This document shows positions 10,712 to 20,208 of a DNA stretch of 64,000 nt, piece by piece. Both the position numbers and the translations under genes were made by a program. Each line of letters opens with the position of its first letter. Within the stretch, counting starts at the first letter, position 1. The notes beneath the pieces were generated by a model, which was not told the DNA's origin, did no database searches, and saw only the letters and a program-made list of their open reading frames with translations. This DNA is from an uncultured bacterium (GTDB taxonomy: Bacteria; Chloroflexota; UBA5177; JANWHV01), in assembly GCA_963729625.1 (NCBI GenBank), contig CAVSOU010000017.1:266175-330174 (forward strand). The letters are read 5' to 3'.

Positions 10712-10741
10712 CGGGCCGCGAGCTCATACGCTCGCGGCCCG
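10712..10741 (+). terminator. 12-bp stem-loop after the binding-protein gene (partial terminator or mRNA stabiliser)
   Basis: CGGGCCGCGAGC-TCATAC-GCTCGCGGCCCG; no U-tract. Confidence 0.5.
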
Positions 10742-10885
10742 GCTCTAGGACCTCCGACCGCAGTCTGATGGCAGAGAAGACCGCGGCCGCTCCGTCCCTT
10801 CCGCGCGGCCGCAGCCCGAGGCGCTGTTACCCGGCCGCAGCCGGGGCCTGTCTTGAGGCTCGCCAAGGCTGATACTATAAGGCTC

Positions 10886-11839
10886 ATGCGACTACTGAAC
10901 TTTATCATCAAGCGGCTGATCGCCACGGTGTTCATCCTGATCGGCGTGGCGGCCGTCACCTTCTTCTTGGTGCGGCTCGCGCCCGGCGATCCGGTCAAGC
11001 AGATGCTCGGCCAGCACGCCGGGGACGTCGCTACCTACACCCGGATCGCGCACCAGATGGGATTCGATCAGCCTCTCTGGCGCCAATTTGTGACCTACGT
11101 GTGGAATGCCGTGCACGGGAATCTCGGCAGCTCTGTAAACCAGTTGGGTGTGCCCGTCACCACGATCATTGGACAGGGATTGCCGGTCACCCTCGAGCTC
11201 GGCGGCCTCGCCACCCTGATTGCGCTCCTGTTCGGCATCCCGCTCGGTGTCCTGGCTGCCGTGCGCCACAACCGGCTGATGAGCGACAACGTGAACATGG
11301 GCATCATGATGACCCTCTACTCGCTGCCGCCGTTCGTGATCATTCCTATCGTGTGGCTGGTGTTCGGAATCCTGCTCAAGGGCACGATCTTGCATCTGCC
11401 GGTCACCGGCTGGGATGGGATCGGCGATCCCCAGTATTGGCTGGCACCCGCCTTCGTGTTTGCTGCCGGCTTGGCAGGCTTTTTCGCCCGATCGATGCGC
11501 AGCTTCATGCTCGAGGAGTTGACCAAGGACTATATTCGCACCGCCCGCGCCAAGGGCATGCCCGAGCGTACCGTGATCTACGTCCACGCGCTCAAGAATA
11601 CCCTCCTGCCGTTTGCTTCGGTCTTGGGCCCCACGGTCGCGTTTCTCGTCGTCGGCGCTTTCATCATCGAGAATGAATTCGGCATCCCCGGTATCGCACA
11701 GATTACTGTGCAATCCACGCTTTCCGACGATTACTCAGTCACCCTGGGCACCACCCTGATCCTGGCCACGGCCGTGGTGATTGCCAATGCGCTCACCGAC
11801 ATCTTCTATACGATTGTCGATCCGCGAGTGAGTCTGTAA
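10886..11839 (+). CDS. oppB: peptide ABC permease OppB
   Basis: FIIKRL, APGDP, DYIRTARAKG, HALKN, VDPRV. Confidence 0.9.
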   Translation: MRLLNFIIKRLIATVFILIGVAAVTFFLVRLAPGDPVKQMLGQHAGDVATYTRIAHQMGFDQPLWRQFVTYVWNAVHGNLGSSVNQLGVPVTTIIGQGLPVTLELGGLATLIALLFGIPLGVLAAVRHNRLMSDNVNMGIMMTLYSLPPFVIIPIVWLVFGILLKGTILHLPVTGWDGIGDPQYWLAPAFVFAAGLAGFFARSMRSFMLEELTKDYIRTARAKGMPERTVIYVHALKNTLLPFASVLGPTVAFLVVGAFIIENEFGIPGIAQITVQSTLSDDYSVTLGTTLILATAVVIANALTDIFYTIVDPRVSL

Positions 11840-12826
11840 ATGCCCGCCTACGAAGATGCGACTCGCGCCGAGACGCCCAGCGTCGCGGCCTTGACGTCTT
11901 CAGGGCCGGGAGGATCGCGCGCGCCGCTTGCCGTGGAGGTCGAGGAGCTGAAGCCCGTCTCCCTGACGCGCCAGGCTGTGTGGCGCTTCATGGATAATCG
12001 CCTGGCCGTGGTCAGCCTGGTCGTCCTGGTCGTCCTGGCGCTGCTCGCGCTGCTAGCCAACTTCCTGCCGCTGATCGATCCCACAATCAATGATCCCTTC
12101 AACCAGGATTCCTTCCCCTCACACCTGCACCTGCTGGGGACCGACTCATCAGGACACGACATGCTCAGCGCGATCATCTTCGGCCTCCGCCCCGCCCTTG
12201 CCGTGGGCATCATCGGCCAGGTAATCGCCACAATAATCGGTGTGGCGATCGGCGTGGTGGCCGGGTATTTTGGCGGCTGGGTCGATGCCCTGCTATCGCG
12301 CTTTACGGATCTCGTCTTTGCCCTGCCCACATTTCTCCTGGCCTTCCTCACGGTGGCGGTACTGGGTCCCAGCTGGGATAACCTGTTTGGCGGCACCGGC
12401 CGCATCGTTCTGATCACTATCGTGTTTGGCTTCGTGGGCTGGCCGCCGTTGATGCGCTTCGTGCGCGCGTTGGCGCTGTCGATGAAGGAGCAGCAGTTTG
12501 TCGAGGCCGCGCACAGCGTCGGCACCTCGCCCTTGAAGATCATCATCCGGCACATTCTGCCCAATACCTGGGGCCTGGTGCTCGTGCAGGCCACCTTTGG
12601 CATCGGCAACTTCATCTACAACGAGACAACGCTCTCCCTGCTGGGCCTGGGTGTTCAACCCCCCAATCCGGATCTGGGCTCGCTTGTCTCTATCGGAGCG
12701 GAGCACATCAATATCAACTGGATGGAATCGATCGTCCCGGCGGCGATACTGGCCGTACTGGTGGTCGGATTTGCTTTCCTGGGCGACGGCTTGCGTGACG
12801 CCGTGGATCCGCGTGCGAGTGAGTGA
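11840..12826 (+). CDS. oppC: peptide ABC permease OppC
   Basis: LLGTDSSGHD, EQQFVEAA, HILPN, GDGLRDAVDP. Confidence 0.9.
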   Translation: MPAYEDATRAETPSVAALTSSGPGGSRAPLAVEVEELKPVSLTRQAVWRFMDNRLAVVSLVVLVVLALLALLANFLPLIDPTINDPFNQDSFPSHLHLLGTDSSGHDMLSAIIFGLRPALAVGIIGQVIATIIGVAIGVVAGYFGGWVDALLSRFTDLVFALPTFLLAFLTVAVLGPSWDNLFGGTGRIVLITIVFGFVGWPPLMRFVRALALSMKEQQFVEAAHSVGTSPLKIIIRHILPNTWGLVLVQATFGIGNFIYNETTLSLLGLGVQPPNPDLGSLVSIGAEHININWMESIVPAAILAVLVVGFAFLGDGLRDAVDPRASE

Positions 12827-12827
12827 G

Positions 12828-13871
12828 ATGACGGTGCAAGCAGGTATGGCCAATCCGATAGCGCGTGGACAGGAAATGCTGCTGAGCGTGCACGATCTGC
12901 GCACCTACTTCCATACGCGTGCCGGCATCGTGAAGGCAGTCGACGGGGTGAGCTTCGAGCTGCGACGGGGCGAGGCATTGGGTATTGTGGGCGAGTCGGG
13001 ATCGGGCAAGACGGTCACCGCGCTCTCGATCATGCGCCTGATCCCCGATCCGCCCGGGCACATCGCCGGCGGCCGCATCACCTTCGACGGCCGCGACATG
13101 CTCGCGCTCAGCGCACGGGAGTTGCAGCGGATGCGCGGCAGCGTGATGGCCATGATCTTCCAGGACCCCATGACGTCGCTCAACCCGGTCCTCAGCATCG
13201 GCTACCAGCTGAAGGAGACGCTCAAGCGGCATCAGAAGATAACAGGCAGCCTGGCGAACCTGCGCGCCGCGGAATTGCTCGATCGGGTCGGCATTCCGGC
13301 ACCGAGCAAGCGGCTGAAGGATTATCCGCATAACTTCTCCGGAGGCATGCGACAGCGCGTGGTGATCGCGATGGCCCTGGCCTGCAATCCAAAGCTGATC
13401 ATCGCCGACGAGCCGACCACGGCGCTTGACGTGACGATCCAGGCGCAGATTCTCGACCTTTTGCGAGGCCTCCGCAAGGATTTCGACACCTCGATCCTGC
13501 TGATCACCCATGATCTCGGCGTGGTGGCTCGACTCTGCGACCGCATCGTGGTCATGTATGGCGGCAAAGTGCTGGAGACCGGCACCGCGGTGGAAACATT
13601 CAAGCATGCCAACCAGCCCTACACCGAAGGCCTACTCAACTCCATTCCGCGCCTCGACCGGACGCGGGGCGAACCCTTGACCTCTATTCCCGGCAACCCA
13701 CCGAACATGCTGGCCCCGCCGCGAGGTTGCCCCTTCGCGCCGCGTTGCCAGTACGTGCTCGAGCGCTGCATCAAGGAGATGCCTTCGCCAGAGGCGGTCT
13801 CGGGCAGTGCCACGCACTTCTCCGCTTGCTGGGCCACCAACCCACCACGCTCGGGCTCAGGGGACATTTAG
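12828..13871 (+). CDS. oppD: peptide ABC ATP-binding protein OppD
   Basis: Walker A GESGSGKT, signature FSGGMRQR, Walker [13 protein letters not shown]-terminal GCPFAPRC. Confidence 0.93.
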   Translation: MTVQAGMANPIARGQEMLLSVHDLRTYFHTRAGIVKAVDGVSFELRRGEALGIVGESGSGKTVTALSIMRLIPDPPGHIAGGRITFDGRDMLALSARELQRMRGSVMAMIFQDPMTSLNPVLSIGYQLKETLKRHQKITGSLANLRAAELLDRVGIPAPSKRLKDYPHNFSGGMRQRVVIAMALACNPKLIIADEPTTALDVTIQAQILDLLRGLRKDFDTSILLITHDLGVVARLCDRIVVMYGGKVLETGTAVETFKHANQPYTEGLLNSIPRLDRTRGEPLTSIPGNPPNMLAPPRGCPFAPRCQYVLERCIKEMPSPEAVSGSATHFSACWATNPPRSGSGDI

Positions 13872-14924
13872 ATGAACGCCTCCGAGAATCGATCGCGGGC
13901 TTCTACCGACCAGGACGATGTGCTCGTGCAGATCGATGACCTTCGGGTCCACTTTCCCATTCGAGGCGGCTTTCTGGGTCGCCAGTCGGGCGTCGTGCAG
14001 GCGGTCGACGGCGTGAATCTGCAGATTCGCCGGGGCGAGACGCTGGGTCTGGTGGGTGAGTCGGGCTGCGGAAAGTCGACGTTGAGCCGCGCGGTGCTTC
14101 AACTGATCAAGCCTACCGGCGGCAGGGTGATCCTCGACGGACGGGAGCTGACCGGGCTGTCCCGTGAACGACTGCGGCCGATGCGACGGCGGATGCAGAT
14201 GATATTTCAGGATCCCTATAGCTCGCTCAACGGCCGGATGACCGTGGCCGAGATCGTCGCAGAGCCCTTGAAGAACTACCATGTCACCAATCGCTCGGCA
14301 CGCACGCGCGCTGTGCGCGAATTGCTCACGATGGTCGGGCTCAGCGACTATCACATGAACCGGTATCCGCATCAATTCAGCGGTGGCCAGCGCCAGCGTA
14401 TCGGAATCGCCCGTGCGCTGGCCTTGCGGCCCGACTTCGTAATCTGCGACGAGCCGGTCAGTGCCCTGGATGTCTCGATCCAGGCACAGATACTCAACCT
14501 CTTGGAGCAGCTGCAGCGCGATCTCAAGCTCACGTACCTGTTTATCGCGCACAATTTAGGCGTCGTGCGCCACATCAGCGATCGTGTTGCGGTGATGTAT
14601 TTGGGTGAGTTGGTCGAGATCGGGACGGGAGACGAGCTTTTCCTTCAGCCGCTGCATCCATACACGCGTGCGCTGCTCTCCGCTATTCCCGTGCCCGATC
14701 CGGAGCTTGAGCAACAGCGGCAGCGCATCGTGCTGCAAGGCGACGTCCCCAGTCCCGCCGCACCGCCCAGCGGCTGCCGCTTCCACACCCGTTGCTCCAT
14801 CGCGCGACCCGAATGTGCTGAACGCCGCCCGTCCCTGCAGGGTCAGCAGCACAAGGTAGCGTGCTGGGCCGTAAGCGGACTCGAGAGTGTAGCACCGTGG
14901 GCAGCCTGGACTGTAAGCCCTTAG
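13872..14924 (+). CDS. oppF: peptide ABC ATP-binding protein OppF
   Basis: [34 protein letters not shown]. Confidence 0.93.
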   Translation: MNASENRSRASTDQDDVLVQIDDLRVHFPIRGGFLGRQSGVVQAVDGVNLQIRRGETLGLVGESGCGKSTLSRAVLQLIKPTGGRVILDGRELTGLSRERLRPMRRRMQMIFQDPYSSLNGRMTVAEIVAEPLKNYHVTNRSARTRAVRELLTMVGLSDYHMNRYPHQFSGGQRQRIGIARALALRPDFVICDEPVSALDVSIQAQILNLLEQLQRDLKLTYLFIAHNLGVVRHISDRVAVMYLGELVEIGTGDELFLQPLHPYTRALLSAIPVPDPELEQQRQRIVLQGDVPSPAAPPSGCRFHTRCSIARPECAERRPSLQGQQHKVACWAVSGLESVAPWAAWTVSP

Positions 14925-14982
14925 GGTCACCTATTAATCCGGCTGCTCGTATCCGGGCAAGTCACCCGTAGCACGTATCTCG

Positions 14983-15462
14983 CTATCGTGTGGGCGAGAG
15001 CTGAAGCTCAAGGTAGCTGGCGTCCGGGTGAGGATTGGCGGTATAGGCGGAAATCTCGCGGAAGCCAAGTGCGCCATAGAGGTGGTACGCCTCCGGCATG
15101 CGACCGGTCATCGTGTCCAGGCGCATCGCAGCATAGCCGGAGTCCCTTGCGCTATCGATCAGTTGCTCCGCCAATAGGCGCCCAATGCGCTTGCCACGAA
15201 AAGCCTGCCGCACATACAGGCGCTTCATCTCGCAGATACCCGGTTCGAGCGGGCGGAAAGCGCCGCATCCGGCCGGGAGGCCGTCACTGCGGGCCAGAAG
15301 CAGCCGTCCGGCAGGAGGTGCGTACCTGCCGGGAAGCATCGCCAGCTCTCGATCGAAGTCCTGATAGGCGAGCGAGAACCCGAGCCAGACGGCGTATTCT
15401 TCGAATAGCTCGCGGACAAGGACGATGTCCTCGCGGGAGGAGGCCAGGGAGATGTCAATCAT
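14983..15462 (-). CDS. GNAT family N-acetyltransferase
   Basis: CEMKRLYV...FRGKRIGR..L and AYHLY..LGF motifs. Start at ATG 15462. Confidence 0.88.
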   Translation of the reverse strand: MIDISLASSREDIVLVRELFEEYAVWLGFSLAYQDFDRELAMLPGRYAPPAGRLLLARSDGLPAGCGAFRPLEPGICEMKRLYVRQAFRGKRIGRLLAEQLIDSARDSGYAAMRLDTMTGRMPEAYHLYGALGFREISAYTANPHPDASYLELQLSPTR

Positions 15463-15481
15463 CCGCTGATCAGAGGCCCGA

Positions 15482-16642
15482 TCAGCCGGGTCGTGGGGTT
15501 GGAGTGGATCGCGCGGGCTTGGCGCCGAGGTGTCCGCCGAAGAGCGGCGAAGCGACGACGGTGCGGAAGGCCGCGAGCGCCGTCTTGGACGTGTAGACGC
15601 GCCAGTCCCCCTTGGCTTTGGCCTCAAACCATATCACGGCGCGGATGCGCGGCATCAGGCTCGGCAATTCGTGCAGGAACCCCTGACGGATCCAGTTTGC
15701 CTTGCTGCCGCCTCGCTCCACCGATCCGGTTTCGGCGATCATCAGGGGCCGCCGCGTGAAGGCCGTGACTTCAGCGTAGGAAGCGCCAAAGACCTGGTAC
15801 AGCGACTGCCAGGTGTGCCCCGGGCTGCTGCCCCAGTTGTAGCCGTCCAGCGCCACCCAGTCGACATACGCGTCGCCGGGATAGTCGAGAATGTCAGGTG
15901 TGGCGCCGGGATATGTGATGTTGGCGCACCAGACCCATTTCACGTTCTTCACACCCAGGCTGGTAAAGATGCCGTGCACGTGGCGCCATGCCGCGACGAA
16001 GTCGGCCGGCGTATTCTTATTCGGATTGCCAACCGTCGTGCCCCAGCTATACCAGTTGCCGTTCATCTCTTCGCCGAATCGCAGGAAGAACACGTAGCCC
16101 CAGGCCTTCGCCGCATTGGCAAAGCGACGAATATAGGTGTCAAACGCACCGTGCGCGATCGCGCTCAGCTTGTATTGCGGCTGGGAGAGACCGAGCTCAT
16201 AGTTCTCGGGTTGCCAGGTCCACATCGGGATACTGCCCCGGAGGCGGACGCTATCCATCACCTTGGGGTCGAAATCAGCGAAATGCACCCAGTCACTGCC
16301 GACGTTGACGATCGCGGGCATGCGTCCTACCAGGTGCGCATATTGGTCCATGAGTGATGGATCGTTAGTGACGTACGTACCCTGCTCGCGAATGGTAGCG
16401 CCCAGCGCGATCGGTCCATCCGGCACAGGCAGCTTAGCGGCGATCGGGGTCTGACTCAACGCGGGCGCCACGCCGCTGCTGGCAGCGGGTTGATCTGCCA
16501 ACCTGGTCAACGTGATTACTGGCACCGCTATGGCGATGACGAGCAGTGCCAAGAGTGCACTCTCCCACCAGATTCTCTTGAGCCGGGCATGAGGGACGAC
16601 GTCAGCGGTCACCGCAGTTGGGGGAGGCATCGGGGTACACAT
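15482..16642 (-). CDS. membrane-anchored glycoside hydrolase family 26 (beta-mannanase-like)
   Basis: N-terminal TM helix; LRFGEEMNGNWY acid/base motif, YPGDAYVDWVALDGYN and MIAETGS nucleophile motif. Confidence 0.85.
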   Translation of the reverse strand: MCTPMPPPTAVTADVVPHARLKRIWWESALLALLVIAIAVPVITLTRLADQPAASSGVAPALSQTPIAAKLPVPDGPIALGATIREQGTYVTNDPSLMDQYAHLVGRMPAIVNVGSDWVHFADFDPKVMDSVRLRGSIPMWTWQPENYELGLSQPQYKLSAIAHGAFDTYIRRFANAAKAWGYVFFLRFGEEMNGNWYSWGTTVGNPNKNTPADFVAAWRHVHGIFTSLGVKNVKWVWCANITYPGATPDILDYPGDAYVDWVALDGYNWGSSPGHTWQSLYQVFGASYAEVTAFTRRPLMIAETGSVERGGSKANWIRQGFLHELPSLMPRIRAVIWFEAKAKGDWRVYTSKTALAAFRTVVASPLFGGHLGAKPARSTPTPRPG

Positions 16643-16863
16643 CCTGTCAGTCAAGCAAAGCGTGCTGGTCCACGTGCTTCTATCCTACCTAGACTGCGAG
16701 AGTTTCGCTACCCCCCCGGAGGGCGTGCCGCTCGGCATGGGGCGCAACTGGCTCACACACTTGGGCTAGCCCTTTCGTCCTATTGCAAAGACAAGAAACG
16801 ACCAATTGACTATTGCACCCCGTGCTGCACGCAGAACAGTGCCATCAGTTACCCGGATGGTTA

Positions 16864-16952
16864 CCCATAGTTGCTATCCAAACTGGGCATCCAGAATAGG
16901 TGATTGGCTGGCTTCCAAAACTCGTTCACAGTACGACTGTGGCTTTACGGCA
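16864..16952 (+). promoter_or_regulatory. conserved promoter block (copy 1): upstream motif, -35 TTGGCT, 17 bp, -10 CACAGT
   Basis: Ungapped 89-bp match to the reverse complement of 47920-48008; 41 of the first 47 bases are identical. Confidence 0.6.
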
Positions 16953-17038
16953 GTGTGTTCGACGGGCTGATCACCCGGTTACATGCGGTGCTCGTGGCCG
17001 ACCACTCGGACTAGGCAGTATTGGAAGGCAAATCCGAC

Positions 17039-18979
17039 ATGCTATTCATGAAGTCTCACGGTAGCTTGCGGCTGGCACTCAGTGCGGCCCTCGTCGCGGG
17101 GAGCGTCGTCGCCGCAGCGCTACCGCAGGGATTCGCCGCTCGGGCGAGTTCCAGCGCGGCATCAGCGCAGATTGGGGAGAGTTCGCCACTCACCTTGTCC
17201 TCGACCACCGTATCAACCGGCGGCCAAGTCACGGCGACAGTCACGCTGCAGAACCAAGGCAGTGCCTCGATTGCGCTGACCGGCATCGTGTTCGCGACAC
17301 GCACGCCCAGCGGCAGCAACGCCGATTTCGGGGGCAAGTGGGCGACGACAACCCTCGCTGCCAGCCAGACAATCTCGCTTCAAGCGAGTCGAACATTCAG
17401 CTCCTCCGATCCTCTCGGCGTATGGACGACCCACGCCAGCTATCGCACCAGTGACGGTGTATGGCACGATCTGGCGCCCACGTTGTCGCTAACAGTAGGC
17501 GCTCTGTCGGCGGCCGCGGTCCCGACGCAGCCTGCGCCGACTGCCACGCAACCGGCGCCGACCGCCACACAGCCTGCGCCGACCGCGACTACTTCGGCGA
17601 CGGCCCAAGTAGTGGAAAGCTCGCTGCTCAGCCTTGGCACGACAGCCGTGACCATCGGCGGTAACGTGAATGCAACGGTTACGCTGAAGAATCAGGGAGA
17701 TGCATCGATCGTGTTGACAGGCATCGTGTTTGCGACGCGCACACCCAGTGGCAGCAACGCCGATTTCGGCGGCAACTGGGCGACCACGACGCTCGCTCCC
17801 AACCAGACTGTCTCGTTGCAGGCGAGCCGAACCTTCAGCAGCTCCGATCCGGTGGGCGCCTGGACGGTTGTCACCAGCTATCGCACGACTGACAACGTAT
17901 GGCACGATGTTGCGCCTACACAGTCGCTCACGGTAAGCGCTCTCGCCTCAACCGCAATCGCGACACAGCCGACCGCCACGGCTACGAATCCGGCGCCACA
18001 GGCCACGGCTACAAAACCGGCGCCGACGGCTACCGCGACGCAGCCAGCGGCCACCAAGCAGGCGCCCACCACGATCCAGCCGTCGCCTACGACCGCGGCC
18101 ATTCCTTCCTCCGGCAACACCATCGCGCTTGGCGCCACGATTCACGACAACGGACTCTGGGTGGGTCCCGGTACCGGTTTGCTCGAGTCGTACGCCAACA
18201 TGGTCGGCGGCATGCCCGCGATCGTGAACGCGGGCGGCGGTTCCGCCCTGAACGTTAACTTCGATCCCAATCTCGGGAACTACCTTATCAACAGCGGCAC
18301 AGCGTTCATGTGGACCATGATGCCGTCGAGCACCGATGCGGCGGTTGTCAGCGGCACCTACGACAGCTACCTGCGTACGTTCGCCCAGGCGGTCAAGACA
18401 TGGGGACAACCTTTCTACTTGCGCTTCGCTCATGAGGCTAACGGCAACTGGTATCCCTACGGCACCCAGGGTAGCCCCAGCGGGGATAGCCCGGCAGACT
18501 ACGTCGCTATGTGGAAGCACGTGCATGACATCTTCACCAGCGTTGGCGCCACGAACGTCCGCTGGGTGTGGTGCATGAACGTCACTGGAAGCGGCATGAC
18601 TCCGTTCTCCTCGCTCTACCCGGGCGATAACTACGTCGATTGGGTTGCGCTCGACGGGTATAACTGGGGCGGCAATCCAGGTCACACCTGGCAGTCGTTC
18701 TCCAGCGTGTTCGGCACCTCGTACCAGCAGATCACGGCGGTGACGAGCAAACCCTTGATGATTACGGAGACAGGCTCAGCTGAAGAGGGCGGCAGCAAGG
18801 CGGACTGGATCACGCAAGGCCTCCTGACGACCATGCCGCAGTCATTCCCACGCATCAAGGCCCTGATGTGGTTCGATTGGGCCATGGAGCACGACTGGCG
18901 CGTCAATTCCTCCTCTGCGTCGCTGGCAGCCTTCAAGTCCGTGGTTGCCTCTCCGACATACAGCGGTTCGATGTCCTGA
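17039..18979 (+). CDS. secreted GH26 hydrolase with two Ig-like N-terminal repeats and Pro/Thr linkers
   Basis: Signal peptide; duplicated ~110-aa module (~17165-17500 and ~17603-17935); PTATQPA linkers; RFAHEANGNWY, YPGDNYVDWVALDGYN, MITETGS. Confidence 0.87.
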   Translation: MLFMKSHGSLRLALSAALVAGSVVAAALPQGFAARASSSAASAQIGESSPLTLSSTTVSTGGQVTATVTLQNQGSASIALTGIVFATRTPSGSNADFGGKWATTTLAASQTISLQASRTFSSSDPLGVWTTHASYRTSDGVWHDLAPTLSLTVGALSAAAVPTQPAPTATQPAPTATQPAPTATTSATAQVVESSLLSLGTTAVTIGGNVNATVTLKNQGDASIVLTGIVFATRTPSGSNADFGGNWATTTLAPNQTVSLQASRTFSSSDPVGAWTVVTSYRTTDNVWHDVAPTQSLTVSALASTAIATQPTATATNPAPQATATKPAPTATATQPAATKQAPTTIQPSPTTAAIPSSGNTIALGATIHDNGLWVGPGTGLLESYANMVGGMPAIVNAGGGSALNVNFDPNLGNYLINSGTAFMWTMMPSSTDAAVVSGTYDSYLRTFAQAVKTWGQPFYLRFAHEANGNWYPYGTQGSPSGDSPADYVAMWKHVHDIFTSVGATNVRWVWCMNVTGSGMTPFSSLYPGDNYVDWVALDGYNWGGNPGHTWQSFSSVFGTSYQQITAVTSKPLMITETGSAEEGGSKADWITQGLLTTMPQSFPRIKALMWFDWAMEHDWRVNSSSASLAAFKSVVASPTYSGSMS

Positions 18980-19064
18980 GGGAACGGTTAGCCTCTGATC
19001 CCGGGCTGCCCGAGCGCGGCGCGCGCACGGTTGGCTGACGGCAGCACAGTGCTTGGGGGACCAT

Positions 19065-19094
19065 CGCGGGACCGGCGACGATGCCGGTCCCGCG
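19065..19094. terminator. stem-loop between convergent genes
   Basis: CGCGGGACCGGC-GACGAT-GCCGGTCCCGCG, between stops at 18979 and 19099. Confidence 0.55.
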
Positions 19095-19098
19095 CCGT

Positions 19099-20193
19099 TT
19101 ACCCATTTGTCACATAACGAAACACGCCGAACTGCGTTGCGGCGAGCAAGGCGGGACTGGGGCCTGATGGATTTGCGGAGACTGCCAGGGCCAGGACCGT
19201 GTTTTCTACACCGGTCAGTCCACGACCGAATGGCAGCCAGGCCGCGCTTTCCTGCCTGACGTAGACGCCGTAGCCCATAGTTCCGGCATAGAGCACGGGC
19301 CGGCCATGATTGGCGAGCGTGACCAAGGGCATGGCATGCCGCTCCGGCAGGCCCAGGCTGATGTCGTGCCAGCGGCTACCTGCCGAACGTTCCCACACGC
19401 CACCGCCCATGGTCGTCAGGATGACTTGAGGCGGCTCCGTGTCGAGCGCGAGAAGCGCCTGGGTGGGCAGCACCGCGGGAAGGCCGTCGGTCGCCGCGCT
19501 CCACGTCCGGCCGGCGTCGTCGCTGGCTAGCAGCGAGGGTGATTCACCGAACACGCTTGCAAGGGCTTCGCGCGAGCCCTCCGGAAACCACAGGATAGAG
19601 GAAATTGAGGCATCTCCGGTGCTTGCGGCATGCTGCCACTGCCATCCGCGCGCGCCTCGAGCGCCGCGGTACAGCGCTCCCGTCGTCCCGGCCAGTACCA
19701 CCGGCGGCGCTCGTGAGACGGCGAGACTGTACACCGGACTTGTGCCGAGGATCGGGCTAACCGGCTGCCACGATAGGCTGCCCAGGAGATCGCGGCCCGT
19801 GTAGACCGTGCCCGTATCGTCGCCGGCGTAGAGGTCGGAACTATCGGAGGCCATAGCCAGCGCGGTAATGAGATGGCCACGCATGCCGGCGCGCACCCAT
19901 TGCACGCCGCCATCGTGTGAGCTCCACACGCCGTCGTCAGTACCTGCGAGCAGCATGACAGGGTGTGTGGGGTCTGCCAGCAGGACGTTGGTCTGGAGCC
20001 GCAGGCTTGTCGCCGTCCACAGGCCGCCGGGAAGCGGCCCTGCCCATGCCGCGTGCGTAGCCGGCCGAGACATTCGGCCGGCTACGTCAAGGACGAGCGC
20101 CACGGCCACGGCCGCGGCAGCAAGCAGGAGCAAGAGTCGCCGGTGCGGGATACCGGCCCGATCGCGGGCGCTGCCTCCGCTACTCGAGGGCAT
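19099..20193 (-). CDS. membrane-anchored BNR/Asp-box beta-propeller protein (Ycf48/WD40-YVTN-like)
   Basis: N-terminal TM helix; S.DGG..W and SDDAGRTW Asp-boxes; LYAGT.G.GV blades. Confidence 0.72.
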   Translation of the reverse strand: MPSSSGGSARDRAGIPHRRLLLLLAAAAVAVALVLDVAGRMSRPATHAAWAGPLPGGLWTATSLRLQTNVLLADPTHPVMLLAGTDDGVWSSHDGGVQWVRAGMRGHLITALAMASDSSDLYAGDDTGTVYTGRDLLGSLSWQPVSPILGTSPVYSLAVSRAPPVVLAGTTGALYRGARGARGWQWQHAASTGDASISSILWFPEGSREALASVFGESPSLLASDDAGRTWSAATDGLPAVLPTQALLALDTEPPQVILTTMGGGVWERSAGSRWHDISLGLPERHAMPLVTLANHGRPVLYAGTMGYGVYVRQESAAWLPFGRGLTGVENTVLALAVSANPSGPSPALLAATQFGVFRYVTNG

Positions 20194-20208
20194 CTGCTAT
20201 CCAGTACG

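Noticed and set aside
9183-10727. Long antisense ORFs (also 1728-2990, 30606-31901, 57856-59703)
   Set aside because: Shadow frames of GC-rich genes on the opposite strand, with no motifs.
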